Below are positions 57,132-64,000 of a stretch of 64,000 nt of DNA, piece after piece. A model generated the notes under the pieces. That model was not told the DNA's origin. It saw only the letters and a program-made list of their open reading frames with translations, and did not search any database. The stretch covers positions 1,312,001-1,376,000 of the forward strand of contig OZ253442.1 in NCBI GenBank assembly GCA_965261085.1. Reading direction: 5' to 3'. The translations under genes were made by a program, and so were the position numbers. Source of the stretch: a bacterium. Its GTDB lineage: Bacteria > UBA8248. Within the stretch, counting starts at the first letter, position 1. The number at the start of each line of letters is the position of its first letter.

Positions 57132-57738
57132 GGATGGGAACTCCTCCTGCACGGCTTTAGGGTTACAGGAACAGACGCTTAGAACGCGGGTAGGATATCA
57201 AGGATGGGGTAAAGAGCAAAGCCCCCCGTCTTCCTGCGCAGAAGAGGGATAATCGCGTATAACCATATATATATCAATTGGATACGTTTTATTTTTTTAT
57301 CGAAAAACCCCGTCAATTTATCGATATTTTCAGGAATTCACGCCTTTTTGAAAAAACAGCATCCTATGGTATCGCACGGAGATCCTGCCGCACGCCCAAA
57401 CCCGCGCCATGACGGCGAATGCGGGCGAATGCGGAATCGCTCGCCTGCGTAGGGACGGTTGGCGAGCTGCCCCTGCAAAAAACGTCATTCCTCTCTCCCC
57501 GGTCGGGTCAAACCCTTCTCCTCGGGCGGGTTTAAGCCTCGAGGGGGAGGGGAAAGATCGGGAGCGTCGATGCGTCCGCGCGGCGGAGGGGATACGATAC
57601 GCGAGATTACAATGAGAACGAGGCGGTGTATAAAAGAGCCGGGCCGGCGGCTCGAAACGTGGGCCTGAGTTGCGGGAAAATCGCTTCCGTGCAAATTTGA
57701 ACCGGAACCGCCTCCTTTCCTCTTTCACGTGATAAGAC

Positions 57739-60471
57739 ATGACGGAAGAAAAAAAAGAAATCTATCTCATCGACGGCTCGGGCTACATGTTCCGGGCCTA
57801 TTACGCCATGATGCGCCAGCGTCTTTCGAACTCGAAGGGCGCGCCCACGGGCGCCACCCTGGCTTTCGCCAGAATGCTCCTGAACGTAATCCGCGACCGC
57901 GCGCCCGAGTACGTCGCCGTCGCCTTCGATCGCCCCGAGCCCACGTTCCGCCACGACCTCTACCCCGCCTACAAGGCGAACCGGGACGCCGCGCCGGAAG
58001 ACCTGGTCGAGCAGATCCCCTACATGCACCGCGTCATCGAGGTGTTGCGCATCCCGCTTCTCGTCCAGGCGGGGGCCGAGGCGGACGACATCATCGGCAC
58101 GCTGGCCGCGCGCGCGGAAGAGGAGGGCTACGAGGTCGTCCTGGTCACGGCCGATAAGGATTTCGCGCAGCTTGTCTCAGAAAACGTCCGCATCTGGGAC
58201 CCGATGAAGGACGAGGAGATGGGGCCGGCGGAAATCGAGGCCAAATGGGGCGTGCCGCCCGAAAAATTCGTGGATATCCAGGCGCTCATGGGAGATACGG
58301 CGGACAACATTCCGGGCGTGCCGGGCATCGGGGAGAAAACCGCCGTCGCCCTGATTCAGCAGTTCGGCGGGCTGGATGAGGTGCTCGCCTCCACGGATCA
58401 GATAAAACGCCCCAAACAGCGCCAGAGCATCGAGGAAAATGTGGAGTTGGCGAAACTCTCGCGGGAGCTTTGCACCATCAAGCGCGATCTGGTGCTCGAA
58501 GGAGACCTGGAGTCGTGCCGTCTGGGCGACGCCGATATCGAGGCGGGCAGAAAACTTTTCGTCGAGGAACTCGAATTCAAGAACGTCATCGAACTGCTTC
58601 CCGGCTACGGTGAATCCGGTGCGGCCGAGGATGCGCCCGAGGAAGCGGCCTCCCCATCCGAAGAAGGGGAGCGCGATTACCACGTCATCCGCACCTCTGA
58701 CGAACTCAAGTCGATGATTGGAGAGCTCGAAGGCGCGGGGCGCTTCGCGTTCGATCTGGAAACCACCTCGCTCAACCCCATGAAGGCGCGAATCGTGGGC
58801 TTTAGCTTCTCCGCCCGTGCGGGGCGCGCGTTCTACGTTCCCGTGGGGCATGAAACGATGGATTCCGGCCCCCAGCTTCTACTGGAGGACGTGCTCGCCG
58901 AGGTCTCTCCGCTGCTGGAATCGACTGAAATCGAAAAAATCGGACAGAACATCAAATACGACATCGCGGTGCTCAAAGAGGCCGGCCGAGAGGTTCGCGG
59001 CCCCTTGTTCGACACCATGCTCGCCTCCTATCTCCTGCTCTCGAGCCGCAGAAGCCACGGGATGGACCATCTGGCGCAGGAGTATTTCGGGGTGACGACC
59101 ATCAAATACGCCGACCTTTGCGGCAAGGGCGCCAAGCAGATTCCCTTCTCCCGCGTGCCCGTTGACGCAGCGGCCCCTTACGCCTGCGAGGATGCGGACA
59201 TCACGTATCGCCTGGCCGTGGAGATGGCCCCGCAGCTTAAAAACGACGGGCTGATGAACCTTTTCGAGGAAATGGAAGTTCCCCTCCTGCGCGTCCTGCT
59301 CGATATGGAGCGGGCGGGCATCCGGCTGGATCGGGAATTTTTACAGAACATGGGAAAAGAACTCGAATTGCGCCTCGAGCAGATGCGGGGCTACATCCAC
59401 GAAATGGCGGGTGAGGAGTTCAACATCAACTCCACCCAGCAGTTGCGCGTCATCCTGTTCGAAAAGCTGAACCTTCCGGTGTTCAGGAAAACGAAAACGG
59501 GTCCCTCCACCGACATCGACACGCTGGAGAGGCTCGCGCCCCAGCACCCCCTTCCCCAGGAGATTTTGAGTTTCAGACAGCTCTCCAAACTCAAGAACAC
59601 CTATGTGGACACCCTGCCCGAGTTGGTGAACCCGCAGACGGGCCGCATCCACGCGCGCTTCAACCAGACGGTCGCCGCCACGGGCCGGTTGAGTGGTTCG
59701 GACCCCAATTTGCAGAACATCCCCATCCGCACGGATCTGGGCCGCGAGATACGCCGGGCCTTCCTGCCCGAGGATGGGTGGAAGCTCCTATCGGCGGATT
59801 ACAGCCAGATCGAACTGCGGGTGCTGGCGCATTTCACGAACGACCCGGCCCTCGTCGACGCCTTCGGCAAGGGGGAGGACATTCACGCCACGACCGCCTC
59901 GGCCGTCTACGGCGTGGCCCTCGACGTGGTGAACTCCGAGATGCGCCGCGTCGCCAAGGCGGTGAATTTCGGTATCATCTACGGGCAGGGGGCCTTTGGC
60001 CTTTCCCAGACCATCGGCATCCCCCAGTCCGAGGCGCGCTCGTTCATCGACACCTATTTCGAGCGCTTCGCCGCCGTGCCCGCCTTCGTGGATGAGACCA
60101 TCGAGAAGGGCAGGGCGCACGGCTACGTTTCCACCATCATGGGGCGGCGCAGGTATCTGCCCGATCTGAACAGCAGGAACCGCAACGCGAAAAACGCCGC
60201 CGAGCGAACGGCGGTGAACTCCGTCATCCAGGGCAGCGCCGCCGACGTCATCAAGATCGCGATGATTGCCATCGCCGATCGCCTGAAGAGAGAAGAGAGA
60301 GAAGCGCGCATGCTCGTGCAGGTGCACGATGAGCTCTTGTTCGAGATACCGCCCGGAGAAATCGAAGAGGTGGCCGCCTTGGTCGCAGAGGAGATGCAGG
60401 GCGCGATGGACCTGCGCGTTCCGCTCGAGGTGGACGTGAGCACGGGAGATAACTGGGGCGAGTTGAAGTAG
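57739..60471 (+). CDS. polA: DNA polymerase I
   Basis: LIDGS 5'-3' exonuclease, FDLETT 3'-5' exonuclease, PNLQNIP, ADYSQIELR, QVHDEL. Confidence 0.98.
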   Translation: MTEEKKEIYLIDGSGYMFRAYYAMMRQRLSNSKGAPTGATLAFARMLLNVIRDRAPEYVAVAFDRPEPTFRHDLYPAYKANRDAAPEDLVEQIPYMHRVIEVLRIPLLVQAGAEADDIIGTLAARAEEEGYEVVLVTADKDFAQLVSENVRIWDPMKDEEMGPAEIEAKWGVPPEKFVDIQALMGDTADNIPGVPGIGEKTAVALIQQFGGLDEVLASTDQIKRPKQRQSIEENVELAKLSRELCTIKRDLVLEGDLESCRLGDADIEAGRKLFVEELEFKNVIELLPGYGESGAAEDAPEEAASPSEEGERDYHVIRTSDELKSMIGELEGAGRFAFDLETTSLNPMKARIVGFSFSARAGRAFYVPVGHETMDSGPQLLLEDVLAEVSPLLESTEIEKIGQNIKYDIAVLKEAGREVRGPLFDTMLASYLLLSSRRSHGMDHLAQEYFGVTTIKYADLCGKGAKQIPFSRVPVDAAAPYACEDADITYRLAVEMAPQLKNDGLMNLFEEMEVPLLRVLLDMERAGIRLDREFLQNMGKELELRLEQMRGYIHEMAGEEFNINSTQQLRVILFEKLNLPVFRKTKTGPSTDIDTLERLAPQHPLPQEILSFRQLSKLKNTYVDTLPELVNPQTGRIHARFNQTVAATGRLSGSDPNLQNIPIRTDLGREIRRAFLPEDGWKLLSADYSQIELRVLAHFTNDPALVDAFGKGEDIHATTASAVYGVALDVVNSEMRRVAKAVNFGIIYGQGAFGLSQTIGIPQSEARSFIDTYFERFAAVPAFVDETIEKGRAHGYVSTIMGRRRYLPDLNSRNRNAKNAAERTAVNSVIQGSAADVIKIAMIAIADRLKREEREARMLVQVHDELLFEIPPGEIEEVAALVAEEMQGAMDLRVPLEVDVSTGDNWGELK

Positions 60472-60627
60472 CCTTGGGCTTGGTCTGCGAACCGGGAATT
60501 TCATCGTCTGAAGAACACCCCGCACCTTGCGCACTCTAGCGCGCGCGCCATAGAATCGAGCGCGTCGGTCCCATCCGCCCGCAATGATGCTTGAGGGTCG
60601 AATTCACCGGGAGGCCCTTGCTTCGCC

Positions 60628-61293
60628 ATGTCCAATCTCTATGCGGTCGGCGACATTCACGGCCAGATCCACATGCTCGAAGCCCTGGTGGAGCGCGTAC
60701 ACTTCAAGGAAGAGGATGAAATCGTCTTTCTCGGTGATTCCATCGACAGGGGGCGGGATTCCAGGGCCGTGGTCGAGTTTTTGATCGGTTTCAAGCGCGA
60801 ATTTCCCAACACCGTTTTTTTACAGGGGAACCATGAGGACATGCTTTTGGATTATCTGGACGGAGGCGGGAACTATTATCCGGGCGTCTACCTCGTGAAC
60901 GGCGGTGACGCGACCCTTGAGAGCTATGACCCGGACGGGATGGGCGAGGTTCTGCTCCCACCCTCGCATCGGGAATTTTTCGATGGGCTTTTGTGGATTC
61001 ACGTAAGCCGTGGATTCATCTTCGTTCATGCGGGTCTGAGGCCGGGCGTTCCCATCGACCGCCAGGACCCGATGGATATGGTCTGGATACGAGAGGAATT
61101 TCTCGATGCCGAATATGATTTCGGCAAGCCCGTCGTATTCGGTCACACCCCGGGATGGGAGATAAAAAACAAACTCCCGTATTACCTGGGCATCGACACG
61201 CGCGCCGTAAGTGGCGGGTGTCTGACGTGCGTGCAACTCGCCGATGGCGAACTCGTGGACTGCCATCAGGTCTTTGTCCAGGAAGTCGAATGA
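60628..61293 (+). CDS. Metallophosphoesterase (PPP/ApaH-like Ser/Thr phosphatase family)
   Basis: GDIHG, GDSIDRG, GNHE, HAG, GHTP, IDT. Confidence 0.9.
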   Translation: MSNLYAVGDIHGQIHMLEALVERVHFKEEDEIVFLGDSIDRGRDSRAVVEFLIGFKREFPNTVFLQGNHEDMLLDYLDGGGNYYPGVYLVNGGDATLESYDPDGMGEVLLPPSHREFFDGLLWIHVSRGFIFVHAGLRPGVPIDRQDPMDMVWIREEFLDAEYDFGKPVVFGHTPGWEIKNKLPYYLGIDTRAVSGGCLTCVQLADGELVDCHQVFVQEVE

Positions 61294-61305
61294 GTTGAAT
61301 CCTTC

Positions 61306-63594
61306 GTGAGGCGAAAACCAGACACGATTCCAGGCGATAAGAAGATACGCGACCTGCTCGCCAAAGAGGACAGGCCCATGGCCGTGCGCGAACTCGTGCG
61401 CCTGCTCGAAGTTTCCGCCGCCGCGCGGCCTTCGTTCAGGAAACGCCTGCGCGCCATGGCGGAAGAAGGCGCTCTCACCCGCGTTCGCGGACGCTATTCG
61501 ACGCCGGGCTCTCTCTCCATATATCAGGGAATCTTCCGGGGGCACGGACAAGGCTACGGGTTCGTCGTGCCGAAGCAGACGGAGAATGAGGAAAACCCCC
61601 TCGACATCATGATCAAGAAAACACGCACGCGCGGCGCGATGGACGGCGATCTGGTTTCCGCCCGGGTGGAGAAGGTCGATGCGGGCGGGAGGCGCGAGGG
61701 CAGCGTGCTCGACGTGATGGAGCGCGCGCACGAAACCCTGGTGGGCAGGCTTTGCGTGGAAGGCCGAAGCGCGTGGGTGGAGCCCCAGGAAAATCGCATA
61801 CCGCATCTCGTGTTGCTCGAAGCGGGGAGCCGGGAGGGAGCCAGGCGCGGTGAATGGGTGGAGGTCGAGATAAGCCGCTATCCGACCCAGAGGGAACCGG
61901 CCAAAGGACGCATCCTGAAGTCGTTCGGCTATCCCGAAGATCCCGCCGCCGAGGGGCGGATGGTGCTCGCCAAGCACGGGATACATGAGGATTTCCCCGA
62001 AAAAGTTCTGGATGAGGAGGCGAGAATATACCCGCCGGGGGAGGATACTCCCTTCCCCGAGGGGGTGGAGGATTCGAGGGACCTGTGCGCGTTCAGCATC
62101 GATCCATTCGACGCCAGGGACCGCGACGACGCGGTTTCGATTGAAAAAATCAAAGGTGGCCGCCGCCTCGGCGTGCACATCGCCGACGTGGGCCATTACG
62201 TGAAGCCAGGCGGCGCGATCGATAAAGAAGCCCGCGACCGGGGGACGAGCGTGTACTTGCCGGATAGGGCGGTGCCCATGCTGCCGCCCCGCCTCACGGG
62301 CGAGGTGTGCTCTCTGGGCGAGGGAGCGGTGCGCCGCACCTTGAGCGTCTTCATCGATTTCGACCGGTACGGCAACCAGACGGGGATGCGGCCCACCTTC
62401 GCGCGGATTCGCTCGCGCGCCTCTTTGACCTATCGCGGCTCTGCCGCCGTTCTGGAAGGCGCTGAAATTTCTCAGGAAAACGAGATGGAGAGCGCTCGCG
62501 CGTTAGAGGGGCCGCTCCGGGAGTTATCGGCCCTTGCGGATAAGCTCCACGCGGGGCGCATGCGCCGGGGCAGTCTCGATTTCGATCTGCCCGAAGCCCA
62601 GGTTTTACTCGATGAGGAGGGAATGCCGGCAGGCGTTGAGCGTGCGCCCAGAACCTCGGCGCACCGGCTGATTGAAGAGTGCATGCTGGCGGCGAACCGG
62701 GCGGTGGCGGAATATCTTAGCCAGATGGGCGGAGCCTCGGTCTTCCGCGTCCACGACCCGCCCGCCGAGGACAACCTGGAGGGATTAAGGACGATTCTCT
62801 CCAAACTGGGTCTGAAAGCGCCCCGTCTGGAAGCGTTAAAGCGCCCCGGAGGGTTTCAGGAGGTATTCGACGCCGTAAGGGGTTCCGAGGTGGAGCGCTA
62901 CGTGAATTTCGCCACTTTAAGAAGCATGAAGCTCGCGCGCTATCAGGCCGCACCGGCTCTTCACTTCGGGCTTGGTTTCGAGCACTACACGCATTTCACC
63001 TCGCCTATCCGCCGCTACGCGGACCTGTGTGTTCACAGAAGGCTCCAAAGGCTCATGCGCGGTGATAAGCGTAAACCGCAGGCGAAACCGCTCGCCGCCC
63101 TTTGCCATGATATTTCCGAGAAAGACCGAGTGGCTGAGGCCGCCTCGCGCGAGATGGTGCATTTCATGAAGGCGCTCTTCATGCGCGATAAAATCGGCAA
63201 GCGCTTTCACGGCCACGTCTCGGGCGTCGCGAATTTCGGGATTTTTGTGGAGTTGGAGGACATTTTCGTGGAGGGCATGGCGCCGCTCGAATTCATGACG
63301 GATGACTATTACCGTTTCATTCCCGAGGAACACGCGGTTCTGGGCCGAAGGTCCGGCCGGCGGTTTCGCCTGGGAGACCCCGTCACCGTGCGGGTGGAAG
63401 GCGTGGATCTGGCGGCGCGTCGCGTCACCTTTCAGCTACAGGCGGGCGGTACGAGAGAGGTGGCCGGCGATGCGCCCGCCTCACGCCGTCTCGCCGGGCT
63501 CAGCGGTATGCGCCGCCCCGAGAGGAAGAAGCCCCCGACTCCCCGGCGTAAAAAAGGGGGAAAGCCTGCGCCCAAGCGGGGGCGCCGCCGCTGA
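61306..63594 (+). CDS. rnr: Ribonuclease R
   Basis: IDPFDARDRDDA, SVYLPDR, HFTSPIRRYAD, S1 domain, basic tail; upstream of smpB. Confidence 0.95.
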   Translation: MRRKPDTIPGDKKIRDLLAKEDRPMAVRELVRLLEVSAAARPSFRKRLRAMAEEGALTRVRGRYSTPGSLSIYQGIFRGHGQGYGFVVPKQTENEENPLDIMIKKTRTRGAMDGDLVSARVEKVDAGGRREGSVLDVMERAHETLVGRLCVEGRSAWVEPQENRIPHLVLLEAGSREGARRGEWVEVEISRYPTQREPAKGRILKSFGYPEDPAAEGRMVLAKHGIHEDFPEKVLDEEARIYPPGEDTPFPEGVEDSRDLCAFSIDPFDARDRDDAVSIEKIKGGRRLGVHIADVGHYVKPGGAIDKEARDRGTSVYLPDRAVPMLPPRLTGEVCSLGEGAVRRTLSVFIDFDRYGNQTGMRPTFARIRSRASLTYRGSAAVLEGAEISQENEMESARALEGPLRELSALADKLHAGRMRRGSLDFDLPEAQVLLDEEGMPAGVERAPRTSAHRLIEECMLAANRAVAEYLSQMGGASVFRVHDPPAEDNLEGLRTILSKLGLKAPRLEALKRPGGFQEVFDAVRGSEVERYVNFATLRSMKLARYQAAPALHFGLGFEHYTHFTSPIRRYADLCVHRRLQRLMRGDKRKPQAKPLAALCHDISEKDRVAEAASREMVHFMKALFMRDKIGKRFHGHVSGVANFGIFVELEDIFVEGMAPLEFMTDDYYRFIPEEHAVLGRRSGRRFRLGDPVTVRVEGVDLAARRVTFQLQAGGTREVAGDAPASRRLAGLSGMRRPERKKPPTPRRKKGGKPAPKRGRRR

Positions 63595-63757
63595 ACTACC
63601 CATATGGCTTGAACTCCTGATTCCCTACCTTCTGTTTCTTGATGAATTTTCCTTGTGGCGAAAAATCTTGTGAGGGGCTATATTGTTTCTTGATATGAGG
63701 GAGACGCGGGGAGCGATGCGCTCCTCTTTCTTTTTCTCGGGTTTCGTGAGGTTGACG

Positions 63758-64000
63758 ATGGCGGGCGGCATTAAAATCATCGCGGAGAACAGGCGCGCCC
63801 GCGCCGATTATGCGATCGATGAAACATACGAAGCGGGCCTCGTACTCACGGGCACGGAGGTGAAGGCGCTCCGCGAGGGGCGCGCGAATCTAAAGGAGAG
63901 CTACGGCGACATCTTCGGCGGCGAGGCCTGGCTGGTCGATTGCCACATCAGCCCCTACGGGCACGGCAACATTAACAACCACGAGCCCACGCGCCGGAGA
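63758..64000 (+). CDS. smpB: SsrA-binding protein SmpB (partial, runs off window end)
   Basis: Own translation: [45 protein letters not shown]...HISPY...NHEPTRRR. Confidence 0.95.
   Translation, partial: MAGGIKIIAENRRARADYAIDETYEAGLVLTGTEVKALREGRANLKESYGDIFGGEAWLVDCHISPYGHGNINNHEPTRRR

Noticed and set aside
57160-57255. SAM/SAH riboswitch upstream of arsM
   Set aside because: Core consensus motifs could not be matched by eye
49936-64000. Novelty in the ruvABC-yebC and polA-rnr-smpB blocks
   Set aside because: Ordinary conserved housekeeping arrangements

Overview
GC-rich bacterial chromosomal window. Inference only: the RTX and TPR proteins, IS1595-like end, palindromic MITEs and many catabolic paralogues suggest a marine host-associated lineage such as a Nitrospinota/Tectomicrobia-like sponge symbiont. 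1-19 kb is accessory DNA: the probable end of an IS1595-like element cutting the 5' end of arfB; a low-GC pair encoding a PHP/SMC-like ATPase (Ppl/TrlF-like) and a Schlafen AlbA_2-HATPase protein, preceded by three palindromic repeats at exact 40-bp spacing; ppk2; an RTX protein with a hairpin-rich leader; dinJ-yafQ; a KAP NTPase; DUF3604; a TPR protein; two MITE-like elements. 20-27 kb is an operon of TIM-barrel, AmgK-like, two GNAT, MshA-like, PIG-L and NagZ genes. 27-37 kb is a catabolic cluster behind a FadR-type regulator (M24, HMGL-like, maleate isomerase-like, alpha/beta hydrolase, ADH, two bicupins). 39.8-45.9 kb couples a B12-dependent acyl-CoA mutase with a divergent active site to a CoA transferase, a HAD phosphatase, a crotonase lacking both catalytic Glu and a 3-sulfinopropionyl-CoA desulfinase-like enzyme; this is the best candidate for an undescribed pathway. 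50-64 kb is mostly housekeeping: ruvABC, yebC, kdsD, arsM, polA, rnr, smpB (partial). No rRNA, tRNA or CRISPR array was recognised. All homology calls are from motifs read by eye, not database searches.
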